Shown: in pieces, positions 18,388 through 27,107 of the stretch
How the letters are laid out: every line of letters begins with the position of its first letter
How positions within the stretch are numbered: position 1 is the first letter of the stretch
Source of the DNA: a virus
Taxonomy: Duplodnaviria; Caudoviricetes
IMG/VR virus record: IMGVR_UViG_3300002220_000035
Coordinates: 5,499-69,498 of that record
DNA: 64,000 nt
Direction: 5' to 3' (one strand)
The notes under the pieces: generated by a model
The model's input: the letters and a program-made list of their open reading frames with translations, nothing else
Told to the model about the DNA's origin: nothing
The model's database searches: none
Translations under genes and position numbers: made by a program

Positions 18388-18506
18388 CTGCTTTTGAGTT
18401 ACAATTTAATAAATATTTCCTCACTCGTTAAAATGTGTTAAAAAATTGATAAGTTTTATATACTATTGATACAGAATACCACATTATAACCAAAAGAGGT
18501 GAAAAA
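18388..18506. promoter_or_regulatory. AT-rich divergent promoter (genetic switch)
   Basis: Between divergent small regulators; TTTTATATA; ATTGATA repeated at 18445 and 18465; GTTAAAA at 18427 and 18437. Confidence 0.55.
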
Positions 18507-18704
18507 GTGGACAAAACAAACATGGACGGAACCGAGTGTGTCCGGATCCGGGTCGAACCTAACGATCCCCTGTATCCTGACATCAAGTTCCTGCAGAAGT
18601 GGTACCGCAACCCCGAGATGGTGCGGGAAGCAATCCGCAGACTTGCCACAGCACGCAGGGCAGAAGAGTTCCAGATCAGTCAACCCACCAAGGCGAGCGC
18701 ATGA
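18507..18704 (+). CDS. Small RHH-like DNA-binding protein (Cro-like position)
   Basis: VRIRVE...EMVREAIRRL; first gene of the early operon. Confidence 0.5.
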   Translation: MDKTNMDGTECVRIRVEPNDPLYPDIKFLQKWYRNPEMVREAIRRLATARRAEEFQISQPTKASA

Positions 18705-19084
18705 GCGGGATACTTCTAACTGGAACTGATGAACAGATCGAAGCCTTCGAGAGGGAGGACCCGAAATTCTGCCAGTTTCTGAAGGAGACGGGCAGGTTGG
18801 TACAGAAAGATGAACGCAAAGGTGAACAACATGAAAAAGATAACCGAAAACCATGATGGCAGCTCCACTCCCGCCGTGCAAAGCCAAGAGGGGAAGACTG
18901 CCGGTACAGTATCCGATTCTGAACAAGTGAAAGTTTCCCTGCCATGGATCTGCCAGCAGGGTTGCGGGAAGGCCCCGGCAACCTGCAGGAAGACCGTGCC
19001 GGAATGCGAGCATGCATTGTTCATGCAGAACGAGTCCGAGCGGTTCGCCCCATGTTACCGGCGCCGAAGCGGGAGGGCCCGAGT

Positions 19085-19423
19085 ATGAACGAAGGCTGCA
19101 ATGAATGCCGGTTCGACTCTATGCTCGGATGCACCTATCACAAACCCTGCGATGCGGAATCGGCCCCACCCATTCCGGGATGTCCGTCGAAGAAGACGAA
19201 GATCGACAAAGAGTGCTATACTGTCTGCAAAGGCCCCCGGTCCTGTATTGCTGAGGAGGCCACGCCGATCCTCACCGGTGCCACAGCAGAGTGCGAGCTC
19301 CCGGATAAGAGCAAGTGCCGGTGTTGGCCGACAGAGCATGCCGGCAGGGGTGCGTGCGGCAAAGTCCTGACCAATCCGTTCAGCCCGGTAAAAAACCCGG
19401 CATCTGATTTTGTGGGGTCCTGA
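19085..19423 (+). CDS. Cys-rich hypothetical protein
   Basis: About 12 Cys in 112 aa; translationally coupled start. Confidence 0.55.
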   Translation: MNEGCNECRFDSMLGCTYHKPCDAESAPPIPGCPSKKTKIDKECYTVCKGPRSCIAEEATPILTGATAECELPDKSKCRCWPTEHAGRGACGKVLTNPFSPVKNPASDFVGS

Positions 19424-19425
19424 TC

Positions 19426-19845
19426 ATGGCCGATACAGCACCCGCGTCCGGCGCTATCTACCGCCCGCCGGCCTATGCACTCCTTGAGCAGGACCTGAAA
19501 GATATCGCGATCCTGGTTGATGATGCAGGGATCCCCCGCACGCAGGCCACGGTCCTGATCGCCCTGCACAGGTATGCAAAGGGCAACGTCACGAGCCGTT
19601 GGATCGAACGGGTCGCGGACCTCCGGCAGCCGGAAGTCTCGATCGCCATGGCCGCATTCAAGGTCGCAGGCCTCATCGCTGTGACCGAAGAGAAAGCCCC
19701 ATCGAAAGGCCGCCCGGTGGCCGTCTATCATGTCAAGGGCGATATCGCCCAATACGTCAAGGACAGGATCAGCACACGCCTGGCCGAACTCAACAAGGGC
19801 GTCATGGCCGTGAACCGCATCTTCGCCAAGGAGGCAGCGGCATGA
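19426..19845 (+). CDS. Winged-helix transcriptional regulator (COG4738-like, methanogen type)
   Basis: SRWIERVADLRQPEVSIAM...KGRPVAVY motif. Confidence 0.8.
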   Translation: MADTAPASGAIYRPPAYALLEQDLKDIAILVDDAGIPRTQATVLIALHRYAKGNVTSRWIERVADLRQPEVSIAMAAFKVAGLIAVTEEKAPSKGRPVAVYHVKGDIAQYVKDRISTRLAELNKGVMAVNRIFAKEAAA

Positions 19846-19993
19846 TCCCCGGCTTCTCCATTACTGAAGAGCCGAACCCCCGGTACTGTGCCGCGAGGGC
19901 CTGCCGGTGCGGGATCCCCCGACACCCGGGTCATGATGATGCATGGCAGATTGCACCTGAGGGATGCGCCGCGTGCGTCTCGGAGGGATCGTC

Positions 19994-20380
19994 ATGAAAT
20001 GCAGGATCCTCCCACTCATCGAGAGCGAGATCAACAACTTCCTCGCAACACCCGGTATCAGGATCGCGTCGAAGCACGTCGGACAGAATATCGAGAGGGT
20101 CGGGGAAATCTCGTCAGGAACTGCCGTTATCGGTATCTTCTACGACACCCCCGAAGACGATGCGGCATTCAAGGATCGCATCCTCATCGAGCAGCACAAC
20201 CAGATGGAGCGGCTCCTGGATATCGCCCGGGAAGTCAAGAAGGACGACCGGTATGCGGCCCTCAAGAACAACACGCAGCGGGAGATCTTCCTGTTCACCC
20301 GGTACAATATCCCGGCCAACGATGCGGGAAAAGTGGCCGAGCTCCTGAAACCGGAGATGGCGCCGGTCCTTGGAGCGTGA
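19994..20380 (+). CDS. Hypothetical protein
   Basis: RBS GGAGG; overlaps upstream stop. Confidence 0.6.
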   Translation: MKCRILPLIESEINNFLATPGIRIASKHVGQNIERVGEISSGTAVIGIFYDTPEDDAAFKDRILIEQHNQMERLLDIAREVKKDDRYAALKNNTQREIFLFTRYNIPANDAGKVAELLKPEMAPVLGA

Positions 20381-20385
20381 GTGCC

Positions 20386-21519
20386 ATGACCGAAGATAAG
20401 CGATTCACAAAGCCCTGCGACCGCTGCGGCAAGACGATCGGATTCCGCAAAGAAGGCGGGAGAACCGTCCCCATCAATGAGGATGGCAGCCAGCATTACT
20501 GCCTGAATAAAGACGCCCTGCAACAGCCAAAGGAAGATTCCCGCATCGGCATATACGGCGGAATTACCCGGGGCCGGATCAGCCTCACGCTGAAGAACAG
20601 GGGCATCATGATGACCGAGGCCACGGTCGACCTGCTCAAGTGCCTCACCGATCCAAATGCCACGATCAAGACGGGCATGAAGATCAAGGTCATCTTCGGT
20701 AAAGACGGCAAGGCCGAGAAGGCGGAGATCTGCCCGGATCAGCTGGCCCCGAAAGATCCGCATACGGATAATGGCACCCACGTCCACGAGCCGGTACCGC
20801 CGCAGGGGGATAAGGCAGATTGCACGTCCCAAGGAACCCCTACGGAAGCTCAGGCAACGGCAAAACCCGCCCCGGCTGAAAATGACATCTGGATGGCCGA
20901 GCGGGACGAGTTCTGCAACCTCCTGACCTCAACCGGCCGGGAAGGTATGCCGGACCTCCTCCAATATCTCGTTGAAAAAACGGACTTCTTCATCGCTCCC
21001 TCCTCCGCCAAGTATCACGACGCCCGGGACGGGGGCCTGCTGCACCACAGCCTGAAGGTCTATCATAACCTCGTGACGCTCTCCAAGACATTCGAATGTG
21101 AGACGTCTCAGGACAGCTCCCTGATCATCATCGGCCTGCTGCACGATCTCTGCAAGGCGAACTTTTACAAACTGACCAAGAAGGCGCTGCCCCGCAAGGA
21201 TGACAAGGGCGAGCTCGTCCTCGACACTTACGGAAAAAAGATCTGGGACGATACCCTGGTCTATGACATCGAGGACCAGTTCCCGCTCGGCCACGGGGAG
21301 AAGTCCGTGATCCTGATTCAGCGCTACATCCAGCTCACGGACGAGGAGATCATGGCGATCCGGTGGCACATGGGGGCATACGACGATGTGAAGCAGTCGT
21401 ACGGGGGCAACATTGCCCTCACCAATGCCTCGGAGAAATACCCGATCACGGTCCTGACGCACATCGCGGACCTGTCGGCATCGTTCCTTGAAGTAAGGGC
21501 GCCGGTTGGGGGTGCCTGA
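20386..21519 (+). CDS. HD-domain phosphohydrolase with N-terminal Zn ribbon
   Basis: APSSAKYH...GGLLHHS...LLHDLCK...GHGEKS...AIRWHMG. Confidence 0.85.
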   Translation: MTEDKRFTKPCDRCGKTIGFRKEGGRTVPINEDGSQHYCLNKDALQQPKEDSRIGIYGGITRGRISLTLKNRGIMMTEATVDLLKCLTDPNATIKTGMKIKVIFGKDGKAEKAEICPDQLAPKDPHTDNGTHVHEPVPPQGDKADCTSQGTPTEAQATAKPAPAENDIWMAERDEFCNLLTSTGREGMPDLLQYLVEKTDFFIAPSSAKYHDARDGGLLHHSLKVYHNLVTLSKTFECETSQDSSLIIIGLLHDLCKANFYKLTKKALPRKDDKGELVLDTYGKKIWDDTLVYDIEDQFPLGHGEKSVILIQRYIQLTDEEIMAIRWHMGAYDDVKQSYGGNIALTNASEKYPITVLTHIADLSASFLEVRAPVGGA

Positions 21520-21520
21520 G

Positions 21521-21925
21521 ATGCCCCGCCCCCCCTCCAAGGAAACGCAGATCAAGAACCTCACCAAGGAACTGAACCTCGCCCGGGGCACTATCCAGGA
21601 CAACAGGGCCAGGATCGGTGATCTAGAGAAGCGACTGGCATCAGAAACCGAGAGGGTCGCGACTCTCGGAGGCCGGCTCCAGGATAATGATCGCTTGCAG
21701 CAGGAGATCGTCAGGCTCAAGGCCGAACTGAATTATGTGAAATCCCGCTGGAAGATTATCGAGGATGATCTCTGCCTGAAGTTCAGGGAGGAATGCGAGA
21801 AAAACGGGGCACTGATCCGGGTCATCCGTGGTCACGAGGCCCTGCTGGAGAAGATGCACCGGGCGGCCGTTGAACTCGACACTCAGAACATGACCCTCCG
21901 GAAGGCGCTCAAGGCGGTGCTGTGA
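21521..21925 (+). CDS. Coiled-coil protein
   Basis: Heptad pattern throughout. Confidence 0.6.
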   Translation: MPRPPSKETQIKNLTKELNLARGTIQDNRARIGDLEKRLASETERVATLGGRLQDNDRLQQEIVRLKAELNYVKSRWKIIEDDLCLKFREECEKNGALIRVIRGHEALLEKMHRAAVELDTQNMTLRKALKAVL

Positions 21926-22190
21926 TGTGCAGCGGTTGCGCTCCTGGAGATAGCGACGATTTTGAGGATGACCGTGAACGCTGCCCCGGGGAGATCCCCT
22001 GCGTCTTCTGCCTTGCGCACTTCATGCCCCAATATGGCTCCGCCGTTCAATTTTATCAGGAGATGCCGGACTTTTGCGGGGACCGGCCACTGGAAGAGAT
22101 GCGCCGGTACCTCTACCGCAACGTTGCGGCTGAATATCGGAAAATCTCGGACCTCGTTAGGCATCTCCCAAATATTCCCGGGTGGTCGTA

Positions 22191-22556
22191 ATGGATCCCG
22201 AAAAAAGGACCGGTGCAAACTGCATATTCGGACATCACCAGGCAGGTCCACTTAATTCGATTTATTCCCATTGCAAAATGCAGGTCTGTCCAATTCAATG
22301 CACCCCAGTGACCGAAACTGAATGTAATTACCATCGTACCCTCGTGGAGATGGTCCTTCTTCTGAGTGGACCGGTGCCGGATTGGCAGATGTTCCATACC
22401 TGGGCCTTGGTGGATGAACTCGCGAAACGGGATGGCGTCGAAGATATCCGAGTAAACCCCAATGAGGGTTTCGTTGCTGCAAACTGTGGCAGCGACCATC
22501 AGACTATGCTTCAAGAACGTGGTGGACCCGCTCGCATCCTGGTGGTGATCGACTGA
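22191..22556 (+). CDS. Protein with BC1881-like C-terminal domain
   Basis: LVDELAKRDGVEDIRVNP...GPARILVVID. Confidence 0.55.
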   Translation: MDPEKRTGANCIFGHHQAGPLNSIYSHCKMQVCPIQCTPVTETECNYHRTLVEMVLLLSGPVPDWQMFHTWALVDELAKRDGVEDIRVNPNEGFVAANCGSDHQTMLQERGGPARILVVID

Positions 22557-22713
22557 TGCCCCCATTCAGACGTCCGATTAAGGAGTATTCCATTGAGGGA
22601 GCAAATTCCATGGCAGGTGGCGGATTCGATATCTGCATCCGGCTAGAGCACATGTCATCCGAACAAGTCATCCAACTTGAAAATTTTTTCAAGTCTCAGG
22701 AGTGGATGTCCTG

Positions 22714-22962
22714 ATGCCCCCCCAGCTGCAGCAACAGGTCCCCGTCCCAACGGCTGCCAACTTCCACGCCCATCAACTCGTGTGGTGGAAGGAGCCAGGC
22801 CGGGACGCCAAGCATGGCGACAAAGCCGCATGGGTCATCTCGATCAACCAGGACCTCGACCAGGTCCTGATCGGGTTCTATCAGGAACCCACTTCGAACC
22901 GCGAGGAAAGGACCGAGATCGTCTCTCCCCGCACACTCAGGCCACGGCAGGGGGCGAGGTGA
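22714..22962 (+). CDS. Small SH3/KOW-like hypothetical protein
   Basis: Beta-rich pattern; TGATG coupling. Confidence 0.45.
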   Translation: MPPQLQQQVPVPTAANFHAHQLVWWKEPGRDAKHGDKAAWVISINQDLDQVLIGFYQEPTSNREERTEIVSPRTLRPRQGAR

Positions 22963-23273
22963 TGTCGATCGACATAATCCCCTCTGAAGAGGAGTATAAC
23001 AAAAACCCCGTGTCGACTGCATCCTGGCAGCATGTATATGGCCGCTATGTCTGCTCAACCTGCCATCAGCACTTTAAACCCGGAGATGCCTATACCTCCG
23101 ATAACCATGGCGGGTTCCGGCACGTGGACAAAGCTCAGTGCACGGATACCGCCGACATCAACCTTTTCTTTCACCGTTCCGTGAATCCGAAAGATGTCAT
23201 TACCATCAAAAAGGATGGCACGGTCCTGCTCAACGGGGCCCTGCAGGGCGACTGCCAGATGGAGTTGATGTGA
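22962..23273 (+). CDS. Zn-binding hypothetical protein
   Basis: CSTC...H....C motif; coupled start. Confidence 0.5.
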   Translation: MSIDIIPSEEEYNKNPVSTASWQHVYGRYVCSTCHQHFKPGDAYTSDNHGGFRHVDKAQCTDTADINLFFHRSVNPKDVITIKKDGTVLLNGALQGDCQMELM

Positions 23274-23647
23274 TGTCCCTCATCGGCCCCGGGACCTCTT
23301 ACCCTGATACCGATGCCGAGGAAGCCGCCAACGAGCAGGCCTGCATCGAGGCCCGTAAGGCGGCAGGGGTCCCGAATCCCGAGAATATCGATATCGACTG
23401 CGAAGGGGAATGCCCGATCCGCCTGATCAGTTGTCCCTTCGGCATTCCGAAGAGGGGGTGATGGGTTGACTTCCAGTTCCGAGTCCATCATCGAAGAACT
23501 CTGCAACGATCATGGGATCACTACGGTTGTCGTCCGGTGTCCCTGTGCCTGTAATGCGAATAGCCTGACCGGTCATCCGGTCAAAAACTGCCCTTACTGT
23601 CATGGCGAGGGTGGGATCCAGTATGGAATTGACGAGGTCGAGTTTTC

Positions 23648-24700
23648 ATGATCAAGGATTACAAAGTCACCCGCGAGATGTCCATCCATGGTACTGTTGC
23701 CGATATCGAGCTCGGTGTTGTTGCGGGAAGTGTAGATTCGAAAGATGCTATACTAGTCGCTGAAGAGTTCGACCGGTTCATCGCCCGTATCAGCGGTACT
23801 AAGGCACCATCACGGCATAGTGAGACCCGTGGCCTTACCTGGGAAGATAACGAGGAGGATGTGATCGAGAAGGCGCCGGACTGGAGGACCGCGTGGGCTG
23901 AGTACCAGAAGCAATTCCCCAAATCCCCCCGGGTCAAGAATGCGGTCCGGAAAAAATGGTGGTCGATGCACCCGATGGGAGAAGTGCAGAAGACGAACCC
24001 GCTACTGCAGCAGGCAGCCCCTGCGGAGATCCCAGGGACCTCCCCTATTCCAAAGGAAGTGGTGGCCGTGTCTGAGAAGACGGCGCCGGGAAAGAAGAAG
24101 GGCAATCACGCAAAGAACTTCGACGCGGACCGATGGACTACAGAGGAAAGGCAACCGGTCCAGGATGCAGATAACCGGGAGGATGCCATCGCCAGTTACC
24201 GGGAGAAATATCCCGAGTCTACGAGATCAGATGATGCGATCGGCCGTCAGTTTTACGAGTTGCAGCCAGACAAGCGAAGCCCCGAAGCGCTCTGGACGGA
24301 TGCAGAGAACCAACCAATCCTGACTGCGGATTCTGTCGAAGAGGCCATCGCAAAATATCAGGAGCTGTTCCCGGAGTCGAAACGAACTATCCCCGCTATA
24401 AAACGGGAATGGTATGAACTCCGCCCGGAAAAACGAGGGGAAATACCTACCGGGAGGAAGAAGGGAAGCACCAACAACGCTCCTTTGAAAGGCACTGCAC
24501 GGGAAAAATACAAGATCCCGTTCTCGACCAAACAGGACCAGAAGGGATACAACCACGCCGTCTATATCTGCACGAAATACGACAAGCCGTATGCAGAGGC
24601 TGTGAAACTCGAAGCTGCGGATCTGGCAGCGAAGAAGCAGAAAAAGGCGGAGAAAGTCGTCGAGGTAAAACAGAAACCTTCCAAGAAGGCCCCGGGGTGA
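23648..24700 (+). CDS. Protein with three Myb/SANT-like repeats
   Basis: Repeats W(E/T)..E...........Y...(F/Y)P.S.R...A....(W/F). Confidence 0.65.
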   Translation: MIKDYKVTREMSIHGTVADIELGVVAGSVDSKDAILVAEEFDRFIARISGTKAPSRHSETRGLTWEDNEEDVIEKAPDWRTAWAEYQKQFPKSPRVKNAVRKKWWSMHPMGEVQKTNPLLQQAAPAEIPGTSPIPKEVVAVSEKTAPGKKKGNHAKNFDADRWTTEERQPVQDADNREDAIASYREKYPESTRSDDAIGRQFYELQPDKRSPEALWTDAENQPILTADSVEEAIAKYQELFPESKRTIPAIKREWYELRPEKRGEIPTGRKKGSTNNAPLKGTAREKYKIPFSTKQDQKGYNHAVYICTKYDKPYAEAVKLEAADLAAKKQKKAEKVVEVKQKPSKKAPG

Positions 24701-24949
24701 TCGCCATGGGCACCAACAAAAGCAACCAACGCCCCTCGGTAGCCGAGCGGCAGCGGGCCCGGAAGGTAATGAAGGCCCTGCTGCAGGATACCAAGATCAA
24801 AAGGCAGACACAGGCCGAGACCTTCGAGGCCCTCAAACAACATTACCAGGGGAATATACCCCCGGCCCTGATCTGGGATCAGATGGCGGATCGCAGGATC
24901 GCAGCGAGCACCATGACACGAGGGGCGGAGCTTGCACGGAGCTGACATC

Positions 24950-26524
24950 ATGGAAGCACTCCAGGCGCAACCCCAAACCTCCGCCGAGCTCGCCGCAAAG
25001 TTCGGGATATCGGACCGGCACGTCCGCAGGGTCCTCAGGGAATTGGGATCCAAGGTGATCGCTCGCAGGACCGGTCGTCAAATCAGGTACTCAGCTGCTG
25101 CAGCGGCGGCGGAGGAGAAGGAGGAGGCGGCTGCTTCTTCTACTACTACTATTACAGGGCCGGCAACGATCGCGGACAAAAGCGGACATACAATAGCGGA
25201 CATGTCCGCCATGTCCGCAATCGATAACGGACATTCAGGCGGCGCAATAGCGGACATTCAGGAAAATAGCGGACATGATTGCGGACATGGGAAACCTCCG
25301 ATCTCGAAGCAGCGGTACCGGAATCACAAACGGGACAGCAATAGCCGTGGTCAGGCCCACTTTCCGCCCCCATACGGCCCCGGACCCGACCCTTGCGAGG
25401 ACAGGGAGACGCCCCTGTGTCCGCTGTCGTATGCGGAATTCGAGCGGGACCGCATCCAGTTCGTGCTCCTTGACCGGAAGTTCCGGGACCTCCTGCTGCA
25501 GCGGGCAACCGCGGACAATTGGGAAACCCGGCACGTCCGGGGCCTTGTCTGGATCTACCCGCGGGGGGACCTCTCCCTGCAGGTCGGGAGGGACACCGTC
25601 ACGTTCTACAGCAACGAGCCGGGCGACCTCTCAGGAATAGCCGGATGGATCCGGAGGGAATTCTCCGGGGAGTATGAAGACATCGAGTCCCTGGCGGCCC
25701 GCATCAAAAACCCTGCGGACCTGAGTGGAGAGGAGCTGACCGTGGTCATAAAGCACCCGGACACTGTGGCCGCGATCCGGTCGCACGTCCAGCTGATGGC
25801 GGACCATGGAGTGTACATGCTGCCCTGCCCGAACGAGAACACCCCTGGCCTGAAGATTTACGAGCCGAAAGCGGGCGGGACCATGCGGGTGGAATTCATC
25901 ATCCACAACCATGCCCAGGGCATTGCCGGCCTCAACATGCGGGCGGCCCTGATGAACAACATGCCGAGAATCCACCAGAGCCACGGCCTGTTCTGGGAAT
26001 TCATCCAGAAATATTACAGCCACATGCACCACCCCCTGATGATCGATACCGGGGGACACGACTTCCTGCAGGCCCTGGACAAGATCGTGACCCAGACCAC
26101 GGCCATGGTCGAGAAGATCGCAGACCGCATCCCGGTTCCGACCCGGCAGGCCACCCTAGAGGAGGACCGGTTCAAGGAGATCGAGAAAGCGATCGAGCAG
26201 TTCAAGGCCGGCATCGAACTCGAGGACATTGTCCGGGAATTCCGGCAGACCCTGAAACTCGAGGAGCAGGCCACCCGGGTCTTCCTCGCAGCCTGGTCGG
26301 TCTGGATGAAACGGAACTTCCGCGGCAGGGTCCTCAAGGAGGATGTGGCGAGCCTGCTGCTGCGTGCAAACGAGCCGCTCTCAGTGACCGAGATAGCGGA
26401 GGCCATCGTGAAACTCAAGGCCGTGAAACTACTGGAGAACGATCCCCGGCTGGAGATACGGTTCTCGGCAGGTGGCGCTGCCCTGGCCCGCAAACTGACG
26501 GCGAAGCGGGAGGGAGTACAGTGA
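24950..26524 (+). CDS. wHTH protein, candidate replication initiator
   Basis: N-terminal wHTH (TSAELAAKFGISDRHVRRVL), internal iteron array, C-terminal wHTH-like region. Confidence 0.6.
   Translation: MEALQAQPQTSAELAAKFGISDRHVRRVLRELGSKVIARRTGRQIRYSAAAAAAEEKEEAAASSTTTITGPATIADKSGHTIADMSAMSAIDNGHSGGAIADIQENSGHDCGHGKPPISKQRYRNHKRDSNSRGQAHFPPPYGPGPDPCEDRETPLCPLSYAEFERDRIQFVLLDRKFRDLLLQRATADNWETRHVRGLVWIYPRGDLSLQVGRDTVTFYSNEPGDLSGIAGWIRREFSGEYEDIESLAARIKNPADLSGEELTVVIKHPDTVAAIRSHVQLMADHGVYMLPCPNENTPGLKIYEPKAGGTMRVEFIIHNHAQGIAGLNMRAALMNNMPRIHQSHGLFWEFIQKYYSHMHHPLMIDTGGHDFLQALDKIVTQTTAMVEKIADRIPVPTRQATLEEDRFKEIEKAIEQFKAGIELEDIVREFRQTLKLEEQATRVFLAAWSVWMKRNFRGRVLKEDVASLLLRANEPLSVTEIAEAIVKLKAVKLLENDPRLEIRFSAGGAALARKLTAKREGVQ
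25172..25287. repeat. Iteron-like array (GCGGACA x6, one imperfect copy, two inverted), candidate origin
   Basis: Copies at 25172, 25182, 25196, 25250, 25269, 25281; ACGGACA at 25227; TGTCCGC at 25203 and 25212. Confidence 0.75.
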
Positions 26525-26718
26525 CGGAACAGAAATTGAAAATCCACATCACCGAGGCCCCGACCGCGGCGCCCGGCAAGAAGATTTGCACGCGATGCAA
26601 CAAGGAGAAACCCGAAGAGGACTTTTCGCGGTCCGGTGGCGGCAGTGCCCGGCGAATGCCGTACTGCAAAGAATGCGATAAAGCGATCAAGAAGACCCGC
26701 AAGGGGGCGAAGACGTGA
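26521..26718 (+). CDS. Small Zn-finger protein
   Basis: KICTRCNKEKPEEDF...YCKEC motif. Confidence 0.6.
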   Translation: MTEQKLKIHITEAPTAAPGKKICTRCNKEKPEEDFSRSGGGSARRMPYCKECDKAIKKTRKGAKT

Positions 26719-27107
26719 CCAGGCATACTTCCAGCGGCAAGAAGGCCAAGGGGCGGATCCTGCAGCAAGAGATCCGCGAGGATCTGATCCGGGAGTTCGG
26801 GATCAACGAGTTCGACATCCAGAGCACCGCTATGGGACATAGTGGCTGCGACATTTACCTCTCGCAGGCTGCCCGGGACGTGTTTCCATTCGGAGTCGAG
26901 GCCAAGAACCGGGAGACCACTGATATCTGGGCCTGGCTGAAGCAGTGCAACACGAACGCTGATGATGCGGGGCTGAAACCGCTGCTGATATTCCGCCGCA
27001 ACCGGAGCCAGCCGTATGCTATCCTGAGCTGGATGGACTTCTGCCATATCTGGAGCGAGGTCCTCGCGCTGCGGGCGAAGGTAGAACAGCTGGAGCGTGA
27101 CCTATGA
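26715..27107 (+). CDS. Holliday-junction resolvase (viral PD-(D/E)xK type)
   Basis: GCDIY...GVEAKNRE...PLLIFRRNRS. Confidence 0.8.
   Translation: MTRHTSSGKKAKGRILQQEIREDLIREFGINEFDIQSTAMGHSGCDIYLSQAARDVFPFGVEAKNRETTDIWAWLKQCNTNADDAGLKPLLIFRRNRSQPYAILSWMDFCHIWSEVLALRAKVEQLERDL

Noticed and set aside
19888-20385. N-terminal extension making the HD protein 543 aa
   Set aside because: It overlaps two better ORFs (19842-19997, 19994-20380); a protein-like sequence begins at ATG 20386.
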